From Candidatus Altiarchaeota archaeon (GTDB lineage: Archaea > Altiarchaeota > Altiarchaeia > IMC4 > SCGC-AAA252-I15): a stretch of 64,000 nt of DNA. Positions 35,699-44,786 of this stretch are shown here, one piece after another. Location: assembly GCA_028712125.1 (NCBI GenBank), contig JAQTQS010000002.1:1417-65416 (forward strand), in the 5' to 3' direction. The translations under genes and the position numbers were made by a program. Under the pieces are notes generated by a model, which did no database searches, was not told the origin of the DNA, and saw nothing but the letters and a program-made list of their open reading frames with translations. Each line of letters starts with the position of its first letter. Positions within the stretch are counted from its first letter, which is position 1.

Positions 35699-36846
35699 GC
35701 CGGCGGGAGTTCCTGGGAAAGCTCGCGCTCGCGGGCGCGGGCGTTGCGGCAGGCGGCTATCTCGCAAGCCGCATACTCTCAGGATATGATATCGCAAGCT
35801 CTACCTTCAACAACTCAGCGCCGAAGGAGCTATGGAAGTGGAGCAAGGAGGCCTACCACTATCTAAAGCTAGGGGAGAACGTGAAATGCCAGGTCTGCCC
35901 CCACCAGTGCCTCCTCAAAGAGGGCGACCGTAGTATCTGCCGCAACAAGGTCAATCTGGGCGGCGTCCTGTACACTCTGGCCTACGGCAACCCCTGCTCG
36001 ATGCACCTCGACCCGATAGAGAAAAAGCCGCTCTATCACTTCCTGCCGAAAAGCCAGGCGTACTCCATAGCAACAACCGGCTGCAACTTCCGCTGCCTGA
36101 ACTGCCAGAACTACCAGATATCCCAGGCCCAGCCCGAAGACACTACTAATGCGGATTTGATGCCGGACAAGGTTGTTGACGCGGCTTTAAGTTCTGGCTC
36201 TTCGTCCATCGCCTACACCTACTCCGAGCCCGTAGCCTTCTACGAGTACATGTACGACACGGCGCAGGAAGCCCGCAGGCGGGGCGTGCGAAACGTAATG
36301 GTGACGAACGGCTACATCAATACAGTCCCCTTGCGTGAGCTTGCCAAGTACTTGGACGGCGTCCAGCTCGACCTCAAGGGCTTCAGGGAAGAGTCGTACA
36401 ACAAGCTGAACGGCGGCACCCTCCAGCCGCCATTGGACTCGCTGAAGACACTGAAAGAAGAGGGCGTATGGTTTGAAGCCAGCAACCTCGTCGTCCCGAC
36501 ATGGTCTGACGACCTTGACGCGATAAGGGAGATGTCACAGTGGCTTGTGAAAAACATAGGCACTGACCACCCGCTCCACTTCCTCCGCTTCCAGCCGCAA
36601 TACAAACTAGCCCACCTGCCGCCGACTCCCGCAGAAACCCTTGAAAAAGCCCGCAAGATAGCAATGGACGCAGGCCTGAAGTACGTGTACATCGGCAACA
36701 TCCCGAACCACGAGGCCGAGAACACTATATGCCCGAAGTGCGGGAAGCTTCTAATAGAGCGCAAGGGTTTTACTGTCGTGCAAAGCAATGTTTCCGAAGG
36801 CGCCTGCAAATACTGCGGGGAGACGATAGCCGGAGTATGGAAGTAA
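35680..36846 (+). CDS. AmmeMemoRadiSam-type radical SAM enzyme (PflA-like) with N-terminal twin-arginine signal
   Basis: MDKKKVSRREFLGKLALAGAGVAAGGYLASR (S-R-R-x-F-L-K consensus plus h-region). N-terminal Cys motif CQVCPHQCLLKEGDRSIC, DPIEKKPLYHFLP, radical SAM CNFRCLNCQNY, C-terminal CPKCG...CKYCG. Confidence 0.85.
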   Translation: MDKKKVSRREFLGKLALAGAGVAAGGYLASRILSGYDIASSTFNNSAPKELWKWSKEAYHYLKLGENVKCQVCPHQCLLKEGDRSICRNKVNLGGVLYTLAYGNPCSMHLDPIEKKPLYHFLPKSQAYSIATTGCNFRCLNCQNYQISQAQPEDTTNADLMPDKVVDAALSSGSSSIAYTYSEPVAFYEYMYDTAQEARRRGVRNVMVTNGYINTVPLRELAKYLDGVQLDLKGFREESYNKLNGGTLQPPLDSLKTLKEEGVWFEASNLVVPTWSDDLDAIREMSQWLVKNIGTDHPLHFLRFQPQYKLAHLPPTPAETLEKARKIAMDAGLKYVYIGNIPNHEAENTICPKCGKLLIERKGFTVVQSNVSEGACKYCGETIAGVWK

Positions 36847-36852
36847 ATTCCC

Positions 36853-37557
36853 TCAGGATGTAATCCTCGCAATCAGGACGCCGGCCTCATATAGCAACAC
36901 CATCGGCAATGCGACAAGAATCTGAGATACAAAAGTCGGGTCCGGCGTGATTAAAGCCGCAAAGATGAAGATAACGACGATAACATGCTTGCGCTTTGAG
37001 GAAAGCGTTTGCCGGTCGACGACGCCCGCTTTTGCGAGCGCGTAAACGACAAGCGGAAGCTGGAACGAAAGCCCGGTGGTCGCGACGATGAAGAGTATGA
37101 AGGAAACAGTCTCATTAAGGCTCAGCATCGGCGTCGCGGCCGGATAAGCCTCGTTTAGCATGAACGAGAGCGTCACCGGCAGCAGGACCTTGTAGGCGAA
37201 GACGGCCCCCAAGAGAAATAGGAATGCGGAAGGCAGGAGGGCGCCCGCAATCATGCTGCTCTCGCGCCTCGTCAAAGCCGGGCGCACGAAGGCCCACAAC
37301 TCATAGGCCAACAGCGGCAGGCTGAAGAGGAATCCCAACAGGATGGAAATCTTAACGTTGACGCTCACGGCCTCCAATGGCGCGATAATCACCAGCTGCT
37401 GGCCGCTCAGCAGGTCCGTCTTAATCCTCGCTAGCAGGCTTGATGCGAGCGGGTAGGAGAACACGGATGCGAGCAGCAAAAATATTATCGAGACGAAGAT
37501 GCGCCCCCTCAATTCCTCAAGGTGGTCATAGATGCTCTTGACAGCGGCGTCAGTCAT
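36853..37557 (-). CDS. tatC: Twin-arginine translocase subunit TatC
   Basis: HLEELRGRIFVSIIFLLLASVFSYPLA start typical of TatC; six TM helices; 234 aa. Confidence 0.9.
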   Translation of the reverse strand: MTDAAVKSIYDHLEELRGRIFVSIIFLLLASVFSYPLASSLLARIKTDLLSGQQLVIIAPLEAVSVNVKISILLGFLFSLPLLAYELWAFVRPALTRRESSMIAGALLPSAFLFLLGAVFAYKVLLPVTLSFMLNEAYPAATPMLSLNETVSFILFIVATTGLSFQLPLVVYALAKAGVVDRQTLSSKRKHVIVVIFIFAALITPDPTFVSQILVALPMVLLYEAGVLIARITS

Positions 37558-37566
37558 GGCCCGTTT

Positions 37567-37725
37567 CTATTTCTTCAATACTTCCTTGTCCTCTTCTTTT
37601 ACTGCCTTCCTGAATTCCTTTACTGACAGACCCATGGCGCGGGCGAGTTCCGGAAGCTTCCTTGCGCCGAAGAGCAAGAGCACCAAGGCCAGTATGATAA
37701 TCAGTTCCTGCGTTCCGACTGCCAT
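37567..37725 (-). CDS. tatA: Twin-arginine translocase subunit TatA/E (52 aa, below the ORF-track cutoff)
   Basis: Hand translation gives MAVGTQELIIILALVLLLFGARKLPELARAMGLSVKEFRKAVKEEDKEVLKK. TM helix, then FG-x-RKLPEL and an amphipathic helix, the TatA hallmark. Lies 10 nt upstream of tatC. Confidence 0.82.
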   Translation of the reverse strand: MAVGTQELIIILALVLLLFGARKLPELARAMGLSVKEFRKAVKEEDKEVLKK

Positions 37726-37852
37726 CTCAAGACCACCTCATTAAAGTTGTTGGAACAGTCGTAAATAAATACGCGCCTGCGCTTCGCACTTATCGATTGA
37801 CGTCAGTGACATAACACCTGTTTTTTTTATTCAGACAGATAAATATCCTAAT

Positions 37853-38614
37853 ATGGGCGGAAATGTTGTCTTTGAAATCCCAATCCACCTGAATCCCAGC
37901 GCATTCACTCACAAGACGAGCACCCTGGTTTTCACAGAGACCGGCTTTTATGTGAAAGAGGCGCCGGAGCTGGCTGCGGATTACATTAATATAATCTCTG
38001 CGGAAAAGAAGAGCTGGTGGGTGTTCAACTCACTGATACGTTTAAAATTCAATACCCCGGTCGGCCCGCGGGATTTCAGGTTTACGGCCGCCCGCGGTAT
38101 TTCTGCCGATGAGTTGGGAAACAAGAAGGTGTACTCTTACATGCTTGGTGCAATCGGGAAGCGGGCGGTGAAAGCCGACGCAGCAGACGCTTCCCTCAAG
38201 AGCTATGCGAGTTCGTCAAAGATGGGCGGGTTGTTCAACTTCCGCAAGATTGAAACAAGGGAAGACGCCCTGACAATGATAAAAGACGTATCTAAAGGCT
38301 TTATTGTTGTTGCAGTGATACTGGCGGCAATAGGCTTTTTTATCGACCTTTACATGCTAATCGATGCATTCCTGTTTGGGTTTTTTGGAGTCGTTTTATT
38401 CTACACCAAAAGCAGGCTATCCGCCATGGCGTTATTCCTGCTCTCCGTGTTCGCGTTTTTCACGACGGTATACAACTTTATGCACCCGGCTCTAGGCGGC
38501 GGGAAAAACATATTCCTCGCAGTCATCCTCCTATGGGGGGGTTTAAGGGCCGTACAAGCCGCAAACAGGCTTCATTCGCTAAATATAACCTCTTCTCCCA
38601 GTCGTCCTATCTAG
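37853..38614 (+). CDS. Hypothetical membrane protein (soluble N-domain plus 3-4 C-terminal TM helices)
   Basis: 253-aa ORF; no catalytic motif recognised. Confidence 0.55.
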   Translation: MGGNVVFEIPIHLNPSAFTHKTSTLVFTETGFYVKEAPELAADYINIISAEKKSWWVFNSLIRLKFNTPVGPRDFRFTAARGISADELGNKKVYSYMLGAIGKRAVKADAADASLKSYASSSKMGGLFNFRKIETREDALTMIKDVSKGFIVVAVILAAIGFFIDLYMLIDAFLFGFFGVVLFYTKSRLSAMALFLLSVFAFFTTVYNFMHPALGGGKNIFLAVILLWGGLRAVQAANRLHSLNITSSPSRPI

Positions 38615-38640
38615 AATCATCCGCCGCGCAAGAGCGGCCA

Positions 38641-39435
38641 TCACCATATCGTAGTGCCTAACTTCTGGTCGCCTAGGAGCGCCGCCTTCAGCTCCCCCGG
38701 TACGAGCCCGCTTACCACCTGCGACTTGATGCCCCTGTCTGCGACATCCAGAAGCTCATTGACCTTGCGCTTCATGCCCCCTGTGACGTCGACGCCCCGC
38801 GAGCCGCTGATTGCAAGCTTGCCCACGTTCTGGGCGGTAATCTCCTTGACAAGCAGCGCCTCCGGATTGTTGGTCGGGTCGCCGTCGTAGATGCCTGAGA
38901 CGTCGGTCGCGATGACTATGCGCGAAGCGTTCAATTTAACGGCAAGATACGCCACAAGATGGTCGCCGGAAAGTATGTTTATCCCCGTCTTGATGTCCAG
39001 CAGGACGTCGCCGTAGGAGACCGGCATGAAATCAAAGGCGAGCAAGTCCCCCACCGCCTCGGCCGAGAAGTAGACAAGCTTCCGGTCTTCCATGATGCCG
39101 CCCGCGCTAGGCTGAAAGGCAATAGCATTCAAACCCGCCCTGCAAAGCGCATCCACAACCCTGGCATTCAAGGACTCCATGCTCGCATGAGTCTCGCACG
39201 CGCCCTTGATGCTCTCCGGCCCCTTCATGCCCGCCGTAAGATTGTACTTCTCGGCATACATGTGGCCGAAGGGCCCCGCGCCGTGCACTACTACCATCCG
39301 GCATTTCAGCTTTGCTTTCGCTTCCGCAATCTCCCGTGAAAGCCGGTCAAGGTTCCCGGATTCGACCTCAAGAAGGCTCTCGCTCTTCTTGGTTATGACG
39401 CTGCCGCCAATCTTAAGAATAATCAGCTTTTCCAT
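38641..39435 (-). CDS. ipk: Isopentenyl phosphate kinase (amino-acid-kinase fold)
   Basis: LIILKIGGSVITKK, VVVHGAGPFGH, ATDVSGIYDGDP, VDVTGGM. Confidence 0.85.
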   Translation of the reverse strand: MEKLIILKIGGSVITKKSESLLEVESGNLDRLSREIAEAKAKLKCRMVVVHGAGPFGHMYAEKYNLTAGMKGPESIKGACETHASMESLNARVVDALCRAGLNAIAFQPSAGGIMEDRKLVYFSAEAVGDLLAFDFMPVSYGDVLLDIKTGINILSGDHLVAYLAVKLNASRIVIATDVSGIYDGDPTNNPEALLVKEITAQNVGKLAISGSRGVDVTGGMKRKVNELLDVADRGIKSQVVSGLVPGELKAALLGDQKLGTTIW

Positions 39436-39725
39436 TTTTACCTGTACGCTACGGAATTATTCTGGTTTTCGTGTTGATGTTTACCAATGGGCGATTCATT
39501 TATAAATAGACCGCTACTCCCTTCTCATTATGTCAAATAAGCTGGCTATTGTCTGCATAAAGTGTCCGTCTATCAGCAAACTAAAAAGCTATTAGCGCCA
39601 AGAATTATCTCATGGGGGATGAACAGGGCGAGCGTACGATAAAAACCGATGGATGTCACATGAAACCGCATGATTGTCAAACTTTTTCCGAATCGTTATA
39701 TCCGCCCCTTCCTAAGCTATAATGC

Positions 39726-41291
39726 ATGCCATCCAACGGGCACGCAATCTATCATATCCGCATGGCTCCCATCATCCGGTCTCTGGACGCTGCGTTTGAT
39801 TCAAAATACGCCATAGCAATCGTGCTTGCGGCATGCGCCCTTCTGATAACATTCACCAGCCAGGTTGTTTTCATGGGCCTCTCCAACAGCGGGGACGAGG
39901 GCGCCTACATCATATCCGCCCGTTTGTTCTCGGCCGGGAGGCTGAGCATCCCATCCCCGCACCTCAGCTATTACTACAACTACTATCATACGATAAACGA
40001 CGGCAAGTTCTACGGCAAATACCCTCCGGGCTGGCCTTTCTTCCTGTCCATCGGCATGCTGGCGGGCATGCCCATGCTTGTAAATCTGTTCTTCGCCCTG
40101 TCGACAATCTACATTGCATACCTAATCGGCAAAGAGCAATTCTCCCGCAGGGTCGGCATAACAACCGCGCTACTGATGGCGACCAGCCCCTATGTGATAT
40201 TCAACTCTGCCAGCTATTTCTCCCATACGAGCATGCTCTTCTTCACAACGCTTTTCATGCTCATCTACCTCCGGAACATGGACGCCGAGAAGACCCGCAA
40301 TTACCTGTGGATGGGATTGGCCCTCGGCATAGCCTTCAACATCAGGCCGCTGGACGCCGTATTAATCGGCGCCTGCTTCATCTCGCACTACCTGATACGG
40401 CTGAAAGGCCGGCTTTCCCGGCGCGAGACCGCGTTAAACGGCGTGTTTTCGCATGCAAAGGCGTTCGCCTTCGGGTTCGGCTTCCTTATACTGCTATTCC
40501 TCCTCTACAATCACCTCCAGACAGGGAATGCGTTCCTTACGCCCTTCCAGAAGTACGACGCCAAAGACAAGCTTTCACTCTACCTCGAAAGGCCGAAGCT
40601 GAATCTCATGGAGGATATCGCAGGCTCGCTCATAAAGAGGACCTACGTCTGGGTTCCATTCTCCTTGTTTTCATTCATCGCATTCGCGCGAAGCGCCGCC
40701 AGCCAGAGGGGCCGGCTGGTCCTGCTGTCATCAACCATACTGATACTGCTCATCGTATACTCGATGTACTGGGCCGACGGCTTCTACCAGTACGGCGCCC
40801 GCTACTTGTACGCATCCGCATCCGCCCTTTTCATACTTATTGCGGCCGGCATGGACCGGGTGCGCGAAATCAACGGACTGTTCTACAGCTCTCTTGCGCT
40901 TGCGCTCGTCTTCAACATGGCGTTCATCGCTTGCGCGTCGCCTCATTACAACGAGCTCTTTGGCGAGAAAAGGGAGGTTTATGACGAAGTTGTCGAAAGG
41001 AATATCTCGAACGCGCTTGTTTTCATATACGGTTGGAATTACAACTTCATGCCGATGCCAGTAAGCGAAATCTCCAGTAACAACCTTTTCTTCAACGACT
41101 CCGTGATATACATAAAGATGCCGGACAACTCCAGCATGAGGCTGACATCCGACTACCCCTCGCGGCATTACTTCATCTGGAAATGCAAATACTCGCATAA
41201 GTCGATAGGCCTCCTGGACCTGACCATCACGTCCGGCGATAACTGCACTCTCACATCTTTTAAAAACGAGGCAACAAGCGCTAAATTATGA
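39726..41291 (+). CDS. GT-C fold membrane glycosyltransferase (ArnT/PMT, GT39/83-like)
   Basis: Polytopic 521-aa ORF with an extracytoplasmic-loop acidic motif (NSGDEGAYIISARLF) and YGKYPPGWPF. Start codon uncertain. Confidence 0.65.
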   Translation: MPSNGHAIYHIRMAPIIRSLDAAFDSKYAIAIVLAACALLITFTSQVVFMGLSNSGDEGAYIISARLFSAGRLSIPSPHLSYYYNYYHTINDGKFYGKYPPGWPFFLSIGMLAGMPMLVNLFFALSTIYIAYLIGKEQFSRRVGITTALLMATSPYVIFNSASYFSHTSMLFFTTLFMLIYLRNMDAEKTRNYLWMGLALGIAFNIRPLDAVLIGACFISHYLIRLKGRLSRRETALNGVFSHAKAFAFGFGFLILLFLLYNHLQTGNAFLTPFQKYDAKDKLSLYLERPKLNLMEDIAGSLIKRTYVWVPFSLFSFIAFARSAASQRGRLVLLSSTILILLIVYSMYWADGFYQYGARYLYASASALFILIAAGMDRVREINGLFYSSLALALVFNMAFIACASPHYNELFGEKREVYDEVVERNISNALVFIYGWNYNFMPMPVSEISSNNLFFNDSVIYIKMPDNSSMRLTSDYPSRHYFIWKCKYSHKSIGLLDLTITSGDNCTLTSFKNEATSAKL

Positions 41292-42034
41292 AAGGAACAG
41301 ACGTATCCGTGGTAATCCCCACTCTAAATGAAGAGGCGTCCATAGGAAGAGTCATAGCTGAAATCCGGGAGGCGCTTGACAAAAGAAAGACCGGATACGA
41401 AATAATCGTCGTCGACAACAACTCAACCGACCGCACGTCCGAAATCGCGCAAAAATCTGGCGCTAGGCTAATTTTCGAGGGCAACATGGGCTACGGCCTC
41501 GCATACAAGGCCGGGCTTGCCGCCGCCCAAGGAGACGTCATCGTAACGGGCGACGCCGACTGCACCTACCCCTTCGACGAGATATCCCGGTTCGTAGATG
41601 CCGCATCGGCAGACAGAAACGCATTCATCATCGCCAACCGGTTCGTCCGGCTTATGCCCGACGGTATACGGCCGTTAAACATCCTTGGAAACCACATGCT
41701 CACATTCGGAATGAGGCTCATCTACGGCATCAAAATCAGCGATTCACAGTCAGGCATGTGGGCATTCAACAGGGAATTCCTCGACAAGATAAACCTCAGC
41801 CAGATGAGCGACAAAATGCCATTCAGCCAGGAGATGAAGCTTTGCGCGGCATTTAGCGGCCTGAGGATTGTCGAACTACCTATACGCTACCGGAAAAGGT
41901 CCGGGGTCGCTAAGCTTTCCCCGCTAAGGGACGGCTGGGACAATCTTAAAAGCCTTATAACGTTCAGGAGCACTCTTTCCAGAGTGTTGAAAAAGCATGA
42001 AAACAAGAATATTACAAATATCGAACCCAGATAA
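41288..42034 (+). CDS. Family 2 glycosyltransferase (Dpm1-like)
   Basis: VSVVIPTLNEEASI, VIVTGDADCTYP. ATGA overlap with the GT-C gene. Confidence 0.85.
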   Translation: MKGTDVSVVIPTLNEEASIGRVIAEIREALDKRKTGYEIIVVDNNSTDRTSEIAQKSGARLIFEGNMGYGLAYKAGLAAAQGDVIVTGDADCTYPFDEISRFVDAASADRNAFIIANRFVRLMPDGIRPLNILGNHMLTFGMRLIYGIKISDSQSGMWAFNREFLDKINLSQMSDKMPFSQEMKLCAAFSGLRIVELPIRYRKRSGVAKLSPLRDGWDNLKSLITFRSTLSRVLKKHENKNITNIEPR

Positions 42035-42097
42035 CGGTCAAAGAGTTTTTTTTAACAGTCGCCTAATCTATTAAACCCCGATAAAAACTGGCCAAAA

Positions 42098-43120
42098 ATG
42101 AATAAGAACATTATCGCAGGTTTAATCCTGCTTTCGCTGGGATTCGCCGGCGTCCTATTCTTCCTCCATCCGCTGGAAAATGACATGCAGACGGCGGCTA
42201 CTTCAACAGTGGCTGATGCGACAGTCCCGACAGAGCGAACCGATGCCACGTCAGTGGAATCCGCGGCTGCCGAAACGCAGACAACGCCAGTCACGACAAT
42301 GCCTGCAGCCTCCCGGACGGAGGGCAATTTCACCATAATAGTCCTCCCTGACACGCAGAAATACATGCACGGTTTCATCCACCTGTTCGCCAACCAGACT
42401 GAATGGATTGTCAGCCAGATAGCCGCGCGTAACATCGTGTTCGTCATCCAGGAGGGCGACCTGGTCGATGACGCAAGCTCCGAATTCCAATGGAAGGTTG
42501 CGAACAGCAGCATGAGCATACTGGACGGCAAAATACCCTACAGCGTCCTGCCCGGCAACCACGACAAATCCAACACCTATAACGTCTACTTCAACCCTTC
42601 CCGCTTTGCAGGCTATCCCTGGTATGGAGGAAACTACAGCGGAAACAACAACAACTACCAGCTATTCACAGCCGGAGGGGAGGATTACATAGCAATAAGC
42701 CTCGAGGCATGCCCGCCAATGGACGCAATCGACTGGGCTAATAGAATCCTCCAGGAAAACAACGACAGGAAAGCCATAGTGACCACGCACGGCTATACCA
42801 ACTTAAACGCCGAGAGGAACGTACACGCCTGCGGAGACACAACCTACATATGGGACAGTCTTATAGCCCCCAACCAGAACGTATTCCTCGTCCTCAACGG
42901 ACACACACACGGAGAATCGCGCAGAAGCGACACCATCAACGGCCGCACGGTCCACCAGCTATTGGCCGATTACCAGGAAATGGCGGAAGGCGGCTCAGGA
43001 TTCCTGCGGATACTCACATTCGCACCTGCCGAAGGGAAGATATACGTCGAAACCTACTCCCCGCGCTACGGCAAGTTCAAGAACGACAATGCCAGCAACT
43101 TCACGCTTGATTTGCAATAA
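42098..43120 (+). CDS. Secreted calcineurin-like metallophosphoesterase
   Basis: Signal/anchor (IIAGLILLSLGFAGVLFFL), Thr/Ala-rich linker, motifs VIQEGDLVDD, LPGNHD, LNGHTHGE. Confidence 0.8.
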   Translation: MNKNIIAGLILLSLGFAGVLFFLHPLENDMQTAATSTVADATVPTERTDATSVESAAAETQTTPVTTMPAASRTEGNFTIIVLPDTQKYMHGFIHLFANQTEWIVSQIAARNIVFVIQEGDLVDDASSEFQWKVANSSMSILDGKIPYSVLPGNHDKSNTYNVYFNPSRFAGYPWYGGNYSGNNNNYQLFTAGGEDYIAISLEACPPMDAIDWANRILQENNDRKAIVTTHGYTNLNAERNVHACGDTTYIWDSLIAPNQNVFLVLNGHTHGESRRSDTINGRTVHQLLADYQEMAEGGSGFLRILTFAPAEGKIYVETYSPRYGKFKNDNASNFTLDLQ

Positions 43121-43476
43121 CACATATGGCTGGCTGGCAGGTCCTCCCCGGGTCGCTGAAACAAAAGCGGAACGAATCTATTACGGGCGGTTCTACTGCC
43201 TGCTGCATAAACAACACACTCAGGCAGCATCACACATGTTAACAGGCCGGTCAGCAGAATTGTTTTTGTTTTCATATTGATGTTTAAATTAAGCTTTTTT
43301 ATTATAAATAGCTTACACCTCCCCTTCTGTATTTTGTTTTATAAACTATCCCCTAAGTATACAATTTGATAATGACAAACGGTCGGACATTAAAAAAATA
43401 GCATATGGGCCCGGTTTTCTTGCCCAATAGCGGGTTACACCAGCAAGCTTTTTTAACCTGATTCGAATATTCTTCC

Positions 43477-44400
43477 ATGGTCGTCTGCGGGTACGGGAAG
43501 GTGATACTCTTCGGCGAGCATTTCGTGGTCTACGGACTGCCCGCGATAGCCTCAGCGCTGGAGCTTCGGGTGACTGCTGAAGTCATACCGGCCGAGCACG
43601 GAATCGCCGCCGACGACCTGTTGTCCGGGAAAAAAGTCTTTCTAGGCCGCGACAGCGCGCCCATTATAGACCTGATGCCGTTCTTCCTCAAGAAGTTCAA
43701 TGTCCCAAAGGACCGCCACTTCTACCTGAAGCTCGCCTCGGACGTCCCGCGGCACGGGGGCTTGGGCAGCAGCGCGGCCCTTGTAGTGGCCGTCACTAGG
43801 GCGATGAACGAGTACTTCAAGAGCGGTTTTTCGGACGAGCAGGTGAACAAGGTTGCGTTCGAGGCTGAGAAGTACTTTCACATGACCCCGTCGGGGGTGG
43901 ACAACACGGCTGCGACGTATGGCGGCATGGTCTGGTTCCAGAAGCAGCCTGACAACAGGGTGACGATGGAGCGTATAAAGCTTTCGCAGCCGGTCGAGAT
44001 TGTCATCGGCGACACGGGCGTTTCCAGGGACACTGGCAATGTCGTCCAGGGCTTGCGGGAGAGAAAGGAAAATAATCCTGAGAAATACCATCAAATATTC
44101 GCTGAGGCCGAATCCTTGGTGCATGAGGCCAAGCAGGCTTTGCTGGGCTGCGACCTCCCGCTGGTCGGGGAGCTGATGAACCGTAATCACAAGCTGTTGC
44201 AGGATATGGAGGTCAGCTCCTATGAGCTTGACAGCCTATGCAAGGTGGCCTTGAGGAGCTGGGCGCTTGGGGCGAAACTGACCGGCGCCGGGAAGGGAGG
44301 CTGCATGCTCGCGCTCACGCCAGGCAGGAACCTTCAGGAGCGCGTCGCGAACGCATTCACGGACGAGGGGTATACCGCCATAAAGACGTCGATAGGCTGA
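43477..44400 (+). CDS. mvk: Mevalonate kinase
   Basis: GKVILFGEHFVVYG, GHMP motif GGLGSSAALVVA, C-terminal KLTGAGKGGCMLAL. Confidence 0.92.
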   Translation: MVVCGYGKVILFGEHFVVYGLPAIASALELRVTAEVIPAEHGIAADDLLSGKKVFLGRDSAPIIDLMPFFLKKFNVPKDRHFYLKLASDVPRHGGLGSSAALVVAVTRAMNEYFKSGFSDEQVNKVAFEAEKYFHMTPSGVDNTAATYGGMVWFQKQPDNRVTMERIKLSQPVEIVIGDTGVSRDTGNVVQGLRERKENNPEKYHQIFAEAESLVHEAKQALLGCDLPLVGELMNRNHKLLQDMEVSSYELDSLCKVALRSWALGAKLTGAGKGGCMLALTPGRNLQERVANAFTDEGYTAIKTSIG

Positions 44401-44402
44401 CT

Positions 44403-44786
44403 TCAGCCGACCGTTACCTTTTCCGCGTCGACACCGACTTTATCCCCCGTCTTTATCCTTCCTACTTCAATCTTGTCCACGCATGGGATTCCCGCTATTA
44501 TCGCGCCTACCGCGACAATGGTCTCGCACTCCCTGTTGATTATCGCCTTCGGCGCCATGCCGTTCTTCTTAAGCTGGTAGAGCACGTACGGCCCGACGGT
44601 GCTTCCGGAGCCGAACGGGAAGACGAGGATGGCATCCTTTATGCATTGGCCGTAGAGCTTGTTTTCCCTGTCCGTTATATTTCCCGTTTCCGGGTCTATG
44701 CCGCCGTAGAAGCTTATGGGGCTTTCGCTGACCAGCGCGATTCCTTCCGCAGCCCCCTTGTTGATTATCCTCCCAATCAGCTCCAT
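44403..44786 (-). CDS. Aconitase X swivel-domain subunit (phosphomevalonate dehydratase small subunit)
   Basis: Start at MELIGRIINKGAAEG (complement of 44784-44786). ALVSESPISFYGGIDPETG and VFPFGSGSTVG are typical of the DUF126/AcnX small subunit. Overlaps the large-subunit stop by 10 nt. Confidence 0.8.
   Translation of the reverse strand: MELIGRIINKGAAEGIALVSESPISFYGGIDPETGNITDRENKLYGQCIKDAILVFPFGSGSTVGPYVLYQLKKNGMAPKAIINRECETIVAVGAIIAGIPCVDKIEVGRIKTGDKVGVDAEKVTVG

Noticed and set aside
39833-40984. 383-aa plus-strand ORF in another frame of the GT-C gene
   Set aside because: Its Arg/Pro/His-rich composition is typical of off-frame translation in GC-rich DNA. The overlapping frame encodes a coherent polytopic membrane protein.
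43066-43275. 69-aa minus-strand ORF with a signal-peptide-like start (MKTKTILLTGLLTCVML...) and a TATA-like box about 30 nt upstream
   Set aside because: It is possibly real. But it overlaps the 3' end of the metallophosphoesterase gene by 55 nt, has no recognisable motif, and its C-terminal half reads like off-frame sequence. Evidence is too weak to call it as a feature.
44400-44403. Convergent genes with almost no spacer (mvk / AcnX small subunit, 2 nt; also radical SAM / tatC, 6 nt at 36846-36853)
   Set aside because: This is noted as a sign of genome compaction rather than a specific element. There is no room for a structured terminator and no repeat or hairpin is evident.
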